DNA of 24,749 nt from Trichoplax sp. H2 (taxonomy: Eukaryota). The position numbers and the translations under genes are program-made. Where the stretch lies: positions 248,001-272,749 of the forward strand of contig NOWV01000100.1 of assembly GCA_003344405.1 (NCBI GenBank), written 5' to 3'. Positions 1-12,736 of this stretch are shown piece after piece; positions within the stretch are counted from its first letter, which is position 1, and every line of letters starts with the position of its first letter. Below the pieces are notes generated by a model. The model searched no databases. It saw only the letters and a program-made list of their open reading frames with translations, and was not told the DNA's origin.

Positions 1-60
1 CAGTTTAATTTGGGAGACTGTTAACTTTCTCAATCATTATTGAAATGTACTTTATTGCAG

Positions 61-3000
61 TTGGGCTGGTTGCCAATATTTCGAGTTGGCCCATCTAATC
101 AATCTTTTTGCGAAAGCGCCATCAATTTCGTCTATCCTGTGCTGGTCATCTGTTTTATATTTGGGGCTTACACGATTCAGTGTTTTACCTGCTTTCGCCG
201 AGACACGGTATATCCAAATTACAAGCTGCTGCCACAATAAAATGTCCTAGTTACAGCTATAAAAGCAACTTTAGTACTCATTCCTAAAATAATCGATACA
301 GTGAGGTTCTATCTGCTATAAAATTATGCAACCAGTAATCATTATAAATCCTAGACAGTAACATCTAATTCAGTTTTATTGGTGATGATCAATCATTTAG
401 TTCTAGCAAAATAGTCTGATCATCGTTGTAAATAGAGTAATTTCTTCTATTACTTGAACACGTCTTCTAGGATTAATTTAATAGTGTTAGTAATTCCCTT
501 TTTAGTTTATTCAATTTAACATATTCTATCTCCTCCTTTATTGCAGCCCTTCATTAAAACTATCAATGGAAGCGTCCACTGTTCTGATAGTATCATTTCG
601 CAATATATTATCCCAGATATATTGCATTCTGTTGCCTACTTTTATTGCTTTTACTTATATCGATTTGCTGGATCTGAACATTTACAGACAAATATGCAAA
701 GGGTAAGCCATTTTACAATGAAATAAGGTGTAACTGCTACAGCATCATGCATGTCTAATATCGCCATAGTAGAAATGATTAAAGCGTGAAATATTACTTA
801 CCTGTAGACGTTCCTGCAAGCAAGGCCCACGGATTTCGGAGAAAATTCGCAAAAAAAATTAATCAGAATATTAAGGTTTAATATACATATTGCTCCAAGT
901 TTCGTATAGCTTCTTTCATCTTAATTTTGTGTATTGTTATATCTAAAAAAGTAATTCTTTTGGAGCTAATATATTGACTACTACTATACGATAGTATGTA
1001 TTAGGATTCGTAAAACGAAGAGGAGAAATAATTTTTTATAAATTTAGGACCATCTTTTCCTGTGAAATTACTATTTGTAGCCGCATCCTTCTTATACGAT
1101 TTCATTGCTTATTTTTGGCATAAATTTAGAGTTTTCCTTTACTCCGGAATTGCCATCGTAGGTGCATCTTTCTTAATCCAACTTTTCCACTTAATTATCA
1201 GAATTAATCGTGATCAAGGATTAGCTCTGTTATGGCATCCAATGATCAAGTAAGCTTTAACTGTGTTATACTAGAATAGTTAACTTTTAAACTAAAATTT
1301 CGTTAACTTTAGTTTGAAGAATCTTGATTCTATATCTCGTATGCGGTATGGATATTCATAGTTTTCAAGATCTATTGTAAATTTGAAATCATAACTATTT
1401 ATGCTATTTTTAATAATTTAAATTTTTTGTAAGTACGAGAAAATTAAATGAATTTTACACTGTAATAAACAAGTACTCCTTTCTCCCCTTCTATGCGAAT
1501 CCTTGCCTTTTTCTCCAAATTAAACTTTGTGCGAAAATTCATTCAAGAATACACGATTCTCGACTTATTGTCTTGGGATTCTTTCTGTTAGCTGGTTTTA
1601 TAATGCTTGATAGCGTTTATATAGCGCTAGTTATTAATTATGCAAGCCATTGCCAACTCTTAATAGTTTATATAAGAGGATTAAAGCAAAAGATCATAGA
1701 ACGGACGTGTAATTTAGAAAACGCTATGAAGGTTAGTCATTACTGTATGGTATTACCATATTATTCCCTTTCGCTCTTTGATGATCGTAAATCATACGTA
1801 GATATAAAATTTAGAATTTCAATTAAACACGTATCAGAATAATTCTTTCCATACCTTTTTTACTAAAGTAAAAGAAATTGATCCCGGTCAAGCTAATTTA
1901 GAAATTACAGTAGCACACGAATATACAGTATATGCTGTTGTAAATAATAGTAAAAATTATTTTTTAATTATAATTACTTACTAGTAGATAGTGTTGCTTA
2001 TTATAATCATGCATGCAGTAACCATATACAGTACTAGTAATTAACCTCGACCAAGTTGGCTATGGAACATCTGTATCAATATTTAAGCATAAATGTATTC
2101 ATTTAGACCTAAGAAATAAGCTGGAATTAGTTATAATTACTATTTCTTATGTAAAAGAATCTACGAGCATATCATTTACAATTTCAAACATGTCATGGAA
2201 TAAGGTATCACTTATTACTGAATCTAAACAAATATTGATAAGATTAGATTATTCGACAGAGTTAATGTTCACCTTCTGTAAGTCTGGTAGTGTATTATCA
2301 GAAAATATTTAGTTTTTAAGTTTCTATACCACGATATAGCATATAGACCAATTATCGTTATAGGATAAAATTGTAATACTTGATTAGATACAGGGCTTAA
2401 GGATAGTAGTACGAGTGGAACGGAGATTTAGAGTTTCTGTTTATCAGAAATTCTCTGTATAGCGCTAAACAATCACAAATAAAATAGAGCAACTAATTAT
2501 GACTAACTATTAATGTTTATATCTAAATGCTTAATAGGAGATACAGAATACTGCTGGATATGTAGCAGAATTAAATGATGTTATTGCTCCCGCTGCATCG
2601 ATTATTTTGTTTAATTTTGCAACGTCGTCAATCTTAGGTAAATAGAGCTTTAATTAACTTGTTAACTTAATGTAGTGGTAGCTGACGAAAAGTCTTTTTA
2701 CTTTATTAGATACGAGTATTTATTGCAAGCTACTAAAATAAGATCTTCTTCCAGAAGCAAATGCTAGCATTGCTTCCAACGTTGATCATTTGAAGATATA
2801 ATTATTCAATTTCATATTTCGTTCTACTCTATAGGACTCAATGCTCTAATATTAGGTCGTCAGGATGATTTCGATGTCGCTACTTATGCCGATACAATTT
2901 TGTCAATTCTACTTTGGTTAACACTTCTTTCTATCCCTTTCGTTCAAGTATGATGCAGTAATAGATATATTAAAGCGTCAAAAATAATTTAACGAGAGCA

Positions 3001-3889
3001 ATAATTTTTTGGTTACTTATCACATGAATTAGTCCATCTACCAGTGACTTTCTACACCTATCTCTGCAATACCAATATGATCTAACCTATAGACATGCTC
3101 CATTTTGCGGCTGCACTACGCCTATGGAATCATTATACTTACCAAATTATTTTGCTACAGCATTGTTTTAGTATTAATGATAATAGGCCTAATTATCCTA
3201 TCAACGTTCGCTAGTAAATGCCGGCTTTGTGTCTTCATAAATTTATTTAACGCCTATGATTATTATTAGTTTATTTTATTCTTAGTTTAATATGATAGTT
3301 TTATTATGAAGGAAAGATAGAAGGCTGCATTTATTTTAAAACACTTATACTCTTCACGACCTAAAAATAGTTTAGCGCAAAAGACAGGGTGATATCTTCA
3401 TAAATTTATTTGATGCCAATCATTGATTGAACTTAGTCTTAATTCGTTAGGCTAATTTTATTATAGAGAAATGATAGAACGGAGAATTTATTTATATCAT
3501 TTATTTCAATCATGGCTACCTAGGCATCGCGATTAACTTCCTATTGTAGATCGCTGAAAAAATTAGGAATTCGAGTTCGAGTGCGACCATTCGTTTACCA
3601 AAATGAACCTCGTGAAGATCTTGATTCCTTCCTTCAATTTACTTCAGAAATTAAAATGAGGGTAAGACTTTACATATTCAGCTAAGAAAGTTGCATCGTC
3701 ATCTGGATGGGTTATAATTGCTTAAAACTAATCTTAAAGCGTTTTACTTTTTCTATTATTAAGGCTAAATTGTTTAAAGTTCCTGTTGTGTCATCAACCC
3801 TTTTTTTCATGCTTGTAACTATCGCTTTGGTGGCATTGATCTTATTTCAACTGGGAATACTTTCTATCTGGTTTGCACCACAGAATTAA
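61..3889 (+). CDS. Gustatory-receptor-like seven-transmembrane ion channel (7TMIC/GRL superfamily, probably the holozoan GrlHz-type clade); 5' end lies upstream of the window
   Basis: Phase-consistent GT-AG exons 61..207, 547..702, 808..875, 1130..1249, 1548..1731, 2538..2637, 2835..2947, 3524..3661, 3764..3889 total 1152 nt (383 aa + TAA). Multiple hydrophobic segments. Motifs LGWLP..YPVLV..AYTIQCFTCFRRD and C-terminal FVQASRLT..RVRPFVYQ..EDLDSFLQFTS..AKLFKVPV..LILFQLG, the last resembling the GR TM7 hhhhQF signature. Family assignment is from memory of motifs, not a search. Confidence 0.8.
3232..3495. repeat. Degenerate direct duplication (about 163-bp offset) in intron 7 of the GR-like gene
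   Basis: TCTTCATAAATTTATTT at 3232 and 3395, each followed by similar TTTTATTAT..GA..GATAGAA..ATTTATTT blocks. Confidence 0.65.
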
Positions 3890-3920
3890 TTTATGGACAT
3901 ACCCGACCAAGGATCTCATC

Positions 3921-3926
3921 AATAAA
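3921..3926 (+). promoter_or_regulatory. Candidate polyadenylation signal of the GR-like gene
   Basis: AATAAA about 30 nt after the stop codon at 3889. Confidence 0.45.
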
Positions 3927-4991
3927 CCAGCTACTTGCCGATTTTATCCTCCCTAATAGTTAATACTTTGAAAGTGCTCGGCAGGTTTAAGAATGTTAAA
4001 GTGTCTATTATTACAATGGCTGCGATGTCGATATGGATAAGTTACGACTTAAAGTGAAATCGCTGCTGGTGATAACGATCTATTGATGGAATAAATTGGC
4101 ACAAGTGCATAAGAGTTGATCGGATCCAATAGACGTATTTTAAAGTATATATCTTAATTTTTTTGTAGTATTCTCCGTATATGTCCACTGTATTACATTC
4201 GCAAATCTATAACGTCAGTTTTAAAAAATCAAAAAATGAGTATTTATGTAACATATGCGTCATATAGCAGCCAAAAACTGTACTGTATAATGGCCTAAAA
4301 TATGAGAAGGTAAATATATCCGTACAATTATTAGCAACTATCATTTGGTATCAAATATTTGCGAATTCCAGTACTTTCGCTACTATTAACAAGAAATAGG
4401 ACGTACTGCAGTTCATAAACTGGATGCAAAGATCTATAACTACATATAACTGCAAGAAACAGTTTATGAATAAAAGTTGTCACTACAAAAAGATGAAATC
4501 AACTTCACGGATTTATTTGATTTTTATAAGTTTAACTTAGTAATAGAATGATAAGGTCAGGTTAGCCTTTAGAAGTACTTTGTCATAATTTCTTATTAAA
4601 GACACTGTCAAAAAAATTCTCTTAAAAAATATACAAACGAAATATGTTGCTAAAACGAGAAACGACTGCAGATTGTACGTAGATATGTTTGCTAGAGCTA
4701 GTCAATGCAGCCATAAGCTATCATCGGTATGTTTTATGTTCATTAAAATAATTTTTTTACAATTGTTACACTAGATACATGTACAAGGAAGGTAAAGTAC
4801 CCATAGACAAAATTTTCAAACCTTCAATAAATACATTTTTCCTAATAATCCACAAAGAGTGTTTATAATCAGTATTATGCATCGATAATAGTTTAATCAA
4901 TAAGCTAGCTAATTTTTGGAATGTATCATTACGGTCTATGCGATTGAAACAGAAGAGGAAAATCTTTTAGTTACGAAAGATTCGATATCTG

Positions 4992-7900
4992 TTAGGATGA
5001 ATCTACATCCATGAATTCATCGTCTGAAGTGCGGCTAGCATGTTCTGCACCTTCACTTTGTTTAACACTGACGTCCATTTCCTCATCAGCGATTGACTGT
5101 TGTACGTTTCTACTGCCAATAGAAGCAGAGTTTTCACTTGGGCTAGCCACGTCCTCTTTGGATTCTACCAATATCGTAAACAAAATACTGCAATTATTAG
5201 CCATAGCTTAAACTCACGGTGTAATAGCATTGAATAGATTAGATTTTTATTTTGCTTTAAAATAAAAGCCTGTACCTTTGAGATCATCAGAATTCGAGGG
5301 ATTTTGCTCTATTTTGCATTCCACATCTTCTGTATCTATTTTCTTCAAATTGTCATTATCGACATTATCTTTCGCACCATCTTTAATAGATTCATATTAC
5401 ACGCAAAATTTTCGGCATTAGTACTGAATTAAAGTACATTCAACCACATAGTAACGAAATTACCTAAATTAGGCGGAGATGACTTTAGAATAGGATTTGT
5501 TTGATCTTCAGTTGGATGTCGAGTCTCTATAATGTTGTTAAATGTGAGTACATGCAAATTTAACATTCTTTCAATTCTCAAGCAATGTAATATAAAATAA
5601 GAATAATACCTAAGGTGCCTTGCTGTGGTGATGATAATGCTGCACCAGGTGAAGCTGACAGTTTGTCTGCGCTTGGCTGCTTTACTGCAGCTGAAGGCGG
5701 AAATTGGATACTAGTACTACTAGAAATAACCGATTGTTCCGCTGTCGATGGCACAATAGAAGCTGGACTGTTGGCGCATTCTGATATTGTTTGATCATCA
5801 ACAGAAACAGCATGAGGTTCATGATCAGATGATGAAGTTTGTGGCTTGGGAGACCGTATAGATTCGGTTTTAGATGCATTTATTTCGGATGCCGCTGTGT
5901 GCACAGTATTCACAGAAGATTCCTTACTTTCAGCATCTGGTGTTTTAGGTCTGGCTACAATCGGAGAATGAGACGGTTCAGATGAATTTCTTTCATCCCT
6001 ATTACTAGTAGAAGTAGCTAGTTCTTCAGGATCATTTCCGGCTATCGGAGGTACGGGAGATACTTCAGGATTTTCTTTTCCTTCAACAATATTTACTCCC
6101 GATTGCGATTGATCTTCTATTTGACAATCCGTTCCAGAATCATGCGACATTTCTTTACTAACATCCTTATCGATTGAACCTTCCGGTTTATCTTCATTCT
6201 GAATTGGTAAAGGTGTCTTTGATGCATCAGTTTCTTCATCAACCACCATAGATTCGTCATCTGTCATATAAGAATTATTAGATGAGATGTCTTCACCATA
6301 TTCAGAAATTATTGTAGCCAAGGATGAATGCGGTTGATTTACAGCTAGAGTAAGAGGTGGTGAAATTTCAAGTTTACTACCAGAAATACTTGGTTTTGAA
6401 TTTTTCTCATCTAAAGATCCCGTTGATGAAGGCGAAGGCAATATTTCAGTCTTATTTACTAATACGTCCTCTTTATCAGGGGAAGCAGAAGGTGAAGATC
6501 CTCCTGCATCTGATAACCTGGTATTGTCATCCACCGCAGTAGGAGAAACCGTTTCTGATCCTTCAATACGACTGGGTGAGCTTGGCGAAGGCATTTTATC
6601 TTCAGCTAGTATATGTGAACCTGTTGCTTTACTAATCTCAGAAGTAGAGGGCGGTGATGTTACATGTTTATCCGCAATTGTAGCCAATGATGCTGAAATT
6701 TTATCCGCTGATACAGATGTTTCTGGCGTCATCTTTTCGTTTCCTTCAGCAGCACCTGTAGCTGCCGATAAGGTGGTTCTGTCGTCGGCCGTGATTAGCG
6801 ATGTAGGAATATTTTCCTTACAGGAATTAAGTCTTTCTATCGGCGATAAGGGTTTATCAACAGGTTTTGTAGGAGATGTATTACCTGATTTACCCAAATT
6901 GTCATGCTCTTCTGAAACATTTCGACTATCTCCTCCTTTAGAAGAAGCGGGAGTTGATAAATTTTCCTCCATGGGTGCATCTACTGCCGGACTATTACTT
7001 CGCTTGTTATCTACAGACGGAATAGCTGGAGAAATGTCAGATTGATCGGAAGATAAAGGAGTTCCTTTCATTACCGGCAAACTAGTTGTATCATCTGCTG
7101 TTTCTTCCATATTGTCGGTTGAGATAGGCAAGTACTCTTGCGAATCGTCGTCATCAGAAGATGATGACGATGACGGTAATTTATCTTCAACAGTCTTCTC
7201 TGATTTATAAGTAACCGGTGAGGGAATATTTTCAGATTCAGGTACTTGTGATATATTCTCATCCGATTTAGTTTTGATGATCGTATTTGTCGCATCTTTA
7301 ACACTATCGCTAACGTCATCCTTAGTACTAAACTTGTTATCTTCTGTCGAATTTGATATTTCTTTTAAAGGAGAAGAATCCCTGGAAGGTGAAGCTCTAT
7401 TTGAATTTTTAGTTATTGTTTCAGTTTCAATATCACCACTACTTTTACATTTTGATTCTGAATCTAAATTTGATTTTAGAGCAACATCTGTACTATCTAC
7501 AAACTCTTCCGAATCGCTACTAGATTCTTCCATAAGCTCTACTTTGGCAAGTTCCGATGTTGCCAGAACGTTTAGAAGCGATTCTGTTTTATCATCGGGA
7601 TTACTGTGATCGTTTACATCAGATAAATATTTACTTCTACTTGAAGAATTGTCTACGTTATTAGCGTTTTCGACATCATTACTACTTGACTCTATTTCCA
7701 TAGCGGACTCTTCCATAGTGGACTCTTCCATAGCGGACTCTTCCATAGTGGATTCTTCCATAGCGGACTCTGTCAGAGATTCATGTATCTTGGTGTTACT
7801 TGTGCCAGTATGTTTTTCCGAAATTTCAGACATTGAAGAATCAGTTACATCGTTACCACCATCGGAGTTGTCAGTTTTCCGAGAATCTTTTATACCAGAA

Positions 7901-10900
7901 CTAATAGTTACCGTATCAGCCGCATTAGGGCTAGATATATCTGTACTTTTTGTGACAGCAGGTTGTTCAAGAGCTTTAAAGTCTTCCTGTTTAGAAGACG
8001 TTAATGTGTTACTAGAAGTGGATAGTGTAGTAATTGAATTAGTAGTAGTGCTAGGCGAAGTTCCTGTATTGGTCTTCGTTGTTGTCAATTTTATTGACGA
8101 GGGTATAGAATATTTGAATGGCTGTAGTAGGAAAAAAAAATGAAAATCAATTTAAAAACATATAAAGTATATGGCAATCAATTTGATGTTCTCATAATAA
8201 ATCTCATAATATAGTAATAGTTTATTTACTTTGTCTAAAATTTTTGGCAATAATTAGTAAGCACATACAGCAATGTAAAGTATGCCAATTTTGTGAAATG
8301 TCTACGTATAGTATTCCGAATTATGTAATTATTACCGTTTCCCCAAGCATCCCTCTTGAATTAGTTTGTTTTAAATATTGAGCATTGTGAACTATAATAC
8401 ATCCAATGTAGCCGTACTTCTCGCGGACTGTATCCAGCGAATCATTGGAGATCGGTAATATAAGAGCTAAATGTTGCTATATATCGTAATAATCGAATTA
8501 AGTAACGTGCCTTAGGCTCAAATATTTCAATGTATGATGTTAATTTCTACACTAACTAACCACTAATAAGTCTCTCAGCTTTTCTGCGACCAGTTTGTCA
8601 CTATTGATTTGCCCATTTAATGCGCATTCGATAAGATCGCTCTTTTCTTTTAATAATGGTAGAAGGAAGCGTTTTAATGCCTAGCAACATGGTAAAAACT
8701 CAATATCAATTTAATTAATAAAACATCCTGACCTGCAAAAGAATATTATCACATGATGAATAATTTAACAAGAAATTATTATTTGCACATACATCATTGC
8801 TACACAATTTTATCATTAGATATATTGCTCCATAATAAGTATGTAGCGGCAGTGATTCTTCTTGTAAGGCCTATTTCATTGTCCGATGGAAAAAAAGTAG
8901 AAAAATTTTGTTAATTAGACATATTATAGTAGAGGAATATGCCACCGATAATACAGTATGAAGTATTAATTCTTACATTTGCCATAGTTTGAGTAATTCT
9001 TGATTGAACATTATTTACAGGAGAGTTGTAGATTTTATTGCTAAATAAGTTGATAGAATTAAATGCATAATTTTATCTGAGATCATAAAATTTATTACTG
9101 GCCGCGAACGTAACACTTTTATACAGCAGAGGCAAAAATAATGATAGAAGACAATTTAGTAATACTACCTGCAAATCTTATATATTAAAGAAGCAGCATA
9201 GTGCTGAATAACGAGGCGATTATTTGGATCTTCAGAAGCTATTTGTTTATTTACTACACAACTCAGCGCCGTTGGTATTAATTCATGTAACTAAAATAAG
9301 AAAATTCAACGTTAATTTTTTTTTGTAATTCGTGTATTAAACGAGCATAAATAGATAGCTCCTTCCAAAATATTTACTGCAAGAGCTAGAGCAAATACTC
9401 ACATATTTTTCTAGATTGAGTGTTTCATTTTGAAGTAGAGAGTCCATCATACGTAGCAGGTAAATGAGAACCGCATCTTCTGTCTCGTGAATGTTCGCAC
9501 GAACCTAGATTAATTATTCGATAAGTGAAATATTCATGCACTTCGTTTTATACCCTATGATAATTCGAGTTACATCATAGCAATATAAATACCCCTTCAG
9601 ATATAAATCTGCTAAAGCGCGGCAGCAACTGATAGAGACCAGGATCATACTGTAAGCATTCTAGCGCTTTCTGAAATTGATTAAAAATTTTCGTAGAATA
9701 AGTATGTATACATGGATTTTTACCTTCAATCGTATTTAGGTTAATGCTGCCAATGTAGTATTCTACACTAACTCTACCTTTCTCTTCTCTTCACTATTGC
9801 TAACACATGCTTCGGTGATTTCCCTAAAGAAGAGTTGTTGCTCCTAATCAAGTTAATACATAAATTTATTAAAATATGAACATACATAATTATTATTTAT
9901 TAAATATTTACAAAGTTTAGTGAGTATGAGCTGATATCATAAATTTGCTGACTAACCAGAGATAGTTCGTGGCCACTTAATGGTTTCAAAAAAGAAGCCT
10001 TGCTAGTATCTTCTACCTTTTCTTTACTCTTTACTTCTTTACCAGCTTTCTTTTCTACAATTAGCTTATTATCTTGAAAGGATAGAGAAAATAGCGCAGG
10101 GACTTTCTTGGGAATAAAATCATCCAAAGAGTCATCGGATGACAATCTCTTAAACTTATGTAACGTGTCTTTAAAGAAAGATAATATAAGATATTAAATT
10201 ATCTACAATTATGGTGTTTCATTTTTACGCATTATACAGTATCATAACGTGTTATAATATCTAACGCTATCAAGGCAATTCCAGATAAATAGGCTTTGTA
10301 GCAAATACTTACCAGGATCAGGATTCTCTGGTATCAGTGGTTGGGTGCCATCGATGCTTAACCAGTGCGCTGTAACACAAATATTTTATTTTATATATAC
10401 ATATATTTATTGAAGAAAATTGTTTTTCCTACAACGGAAGCGACAACGATAACTACAATTAAAGTACTATGGTTTGCATGCTATATTTGGCAATGTCATA
10501 CAGTGTACCATGGTTAGAGCCTACGATTAGTGACGGTTTTTGTAGGGCCATTTATGATTTGAATAGACTAATTAAAAACGCTATGAAAATCTACCTCCAT
10601 AGGCCAATAGGGAGTATCATAAAATTTACTCCACGCACATCGCAATCCGGCTGTAAAGAAGTGCAATATCGATGATAGAGTCATTTTCTACCTTGATACT
10701 CTAGCTAGCGACTGTACTGCTATCATGGAGCGTTTAATATATACAGTATTAAATACAAATTATCGATGAATCTGCAGTGCACTTGTTGTGGATAATCAAA
10801 CATTGCCAAATGAAAACAGTGACCTATAGTACTACGTTATTAAACGAGGATTGGCACACGTGCAATATTCGTCATACGAGAAGATAATAGCAAGGATCGT

Positions 10901-12736
10901 GTTGGTGTTTAATGTACAGTACTATAGTAGTTTATAAAATGAAGTTAATACAAGCTAGCCGATTGGATGGTTTGTTTAGTCAATTTTTACTCCATATATG
11001 TAAGATTTGATGATCAGACTTGTGCAGATACATAACTTTAACGCTACAGGCAATAGAATGATTGATTTATAACTTGGTATTATAATTCATTAATATTCTA
11101 ATTTCCTAGCGCAACTAACAGTAAACAATCATGTTCAAGCATTAAAGTTACTGAAAAATTGTCTGTTTATATAGTAAGTATTGGTGACAGGAGAATATAA
11201 CTAGATTGTCATCATTTATTGTATCAACTAAGGACTTACCCCGAGTATGATTATCTAATGGAACTTTGGACGCTTCTTGCGATGCAATAAGGTCAGTTAA
11301 ATTGAACTCTTTATCCTCTTGAAAAAAGATACTTCTTCCACCACCACTGGCATAACGAAAAGGTACAAAATCTCTTGAAGTAAAGCCATATACCGGCTGG
11401 AAGAAATTGATTAATCATAATTGAATACTTAATACTTTGTAAGAATTTAACTGCTTTCTGCTGATTACATGGATCATACAATGTCTGTTATGACTTGGCA
11501 ATAAGCTTCATATTTCCTCAAGATACAATACAATACTGGAAATGCGTACGTCAATCCAATGGTTATCATGACAGTATAACATCTTTACATGGATGCATTT
11601 ATTTTTTTATGACCCACTATAGGTACCTAAGCATTGATTAATTATTCAACGAGTTGATGACTTTCTTACCTCGATACTTTTAAACTTCAGAGCTAAGTCG
11701 ATATCATTACGAGTTAATTTATCGCGTTTACTATGGCGCATAAATTTCAAGCCATCCTATATGTCAATCAATCCAGGATATTTTAAATAGTTAATCAAGC
11801 TGCACAAGTAGAACATTAAAATATACAGTAATCGTTAGCCTGCAGTAATGCTCCAATCTTGTCGTAGCATTAGGTAATCCAACTCAACCTTAGCAGCTAA
11901 GAAGTTTGACTTTGAATTGATAAGTCAAACTCGAGGTTATTACAGATTGTTCATGAAATTAAACTGGATTTCAACTAGTATCACATCCTAAATTATAGGC
12001 GAATAGCTTGGGTTATTCACTATGAAGGGCCAATGGTATACTATAGTACAGCGGTAGGGTGATTGAAGTAAAAAGTCCATGACTGTCTTCAAGGAAAGAT
12101 CCTTTTTTTCCTCCATTTTCCATACTGAGATCATCCACTAACTCAACAATGGGGTAAGGAAACGTAAAGTTTAAGGATGCAAAAATTTCGTAAAGAGAAA
12201 AAGTAGAAAATGTCAAGGAAAATGTCGAGAATTAAGTTTTAAGTCATGGAGTGAATTCAACTCCTTTTTCATGTAAGAAAATTCATTGAAAATACAGTAC
12301 AGTACAGTGAAATGCATGGATCATGGGAAACTTTTCACAGACTTTCTTGACTGAGAATGATGGAATTCATGTGAAAAACTGACGTATTGCCTAGCTACTT
12401 TTTTTTCCTAGTGGGTATTACTGTTCAAATTGTGGGATAGAATCGATTTGGAAGGGAAAGCAATAGAAGACTTTTAAAAACTGGCATAATTACAGTGGAA
12501 TAGAAATGAAAGAGAACGACTTGGCTCTTTGCATCGACTGCCTCTTTAACTTGGCTCAATGGATTTCAATACAAAACTGTCTAGAATAAACAAACCTGGA
12601 TGACTTCTCTTAATCTTGCATTTACTTCATCAGCTATTACTTGGCTACAATCATCATCAATTGGAGCATTGCCACAACTTTCAGCTATAGATTTAATGGA
12701 TTGTTTGGAAATATTATTGCTAGCACTTTCGGCCAT
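4992..12736 (-). CDS. TAF6: Transcription initiation factor TFIID subunit 6, copy A (histone fold + HEAT-repeat TAF6C domain + very long low-complexity C-terminal tail), about 1425 aa
   Basis: Minus-strand GT-AG exons 12736..12596, 11756..11670, 11396..11240, 10369..10313, 10168..9957, 9843..9778, 9670..9593, 9504..9403, 9290..9169, 9040..8977, 8870..8793, 8680..8561, 8476..8336, 8121..5610, 5526..5464, 5380..5276, 5164..4992 total 4278 nt with all phases matching. TAF6 motifs: SIKSIAESCG, KFMRHSKRDKLT..DID.AL, PVYGF..PFRYASGGGR, HWLSIDGTQPLIPENP, HELSLEQQLFFREITEAC, DPGLYQLLPRFSRFISEG, LEKYLHELIP, QSRIT. Confidence 0.93.
5610..8121 (-). CDS. TAF6: Giant 2512-nt exon 14 of TAF6 copy A encoding an S/T/D/E/P-rich, probably disordered region
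   Basis: Corresponds to the 836-aa ORF 5578..8088. Acceptor CTACAG| at 8121 is in frame with exon 13 (phase 0). Donor G|GTATT at 5610 (phase 1) joins three further in-frame small exons. Confidence 0.85.
7696..7770 (-). repeat. Coding minisatellite, 5 x 15 bp, (ESAME/ESTME)n
   Basis: Plus-strand units TTCCATAGCGGACTC and TTCCATAGTGGA(C/T)TC alternate, giving a 30-bp higher-order period. Confidence 0.95.

Noticed and set aside
5578..8088. 836-aa ORF as a standalone mucin- or adhesin-like gene
   Set aside because: It starts at TTG with no signal peptide and has in-frame splice sites linking it to TAF6-A exons 13 and 15.
6357..8143. Plus-strand ORFs of 61-173 aa rich in S/L/V
   Set aside because: Antisense shadows of the low-complexity TAF6-A exon 14.
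10469..10675. 68-aa plus-strand ORF, and similar short ORFs at 12013..12216, 14918..15124 and 21503..21706
   Set aside because: Intronic or intergenic, with no recognisable homology or coherent exon chain; consistent with chance.
12018..12413. Possible CACTA-type element in TAF6-A intron 1 (CACTATGAA ... TTCCTAGTG)
   Set aside because: The terminal match is very short, with no target-site duplication and no transposase remnant.
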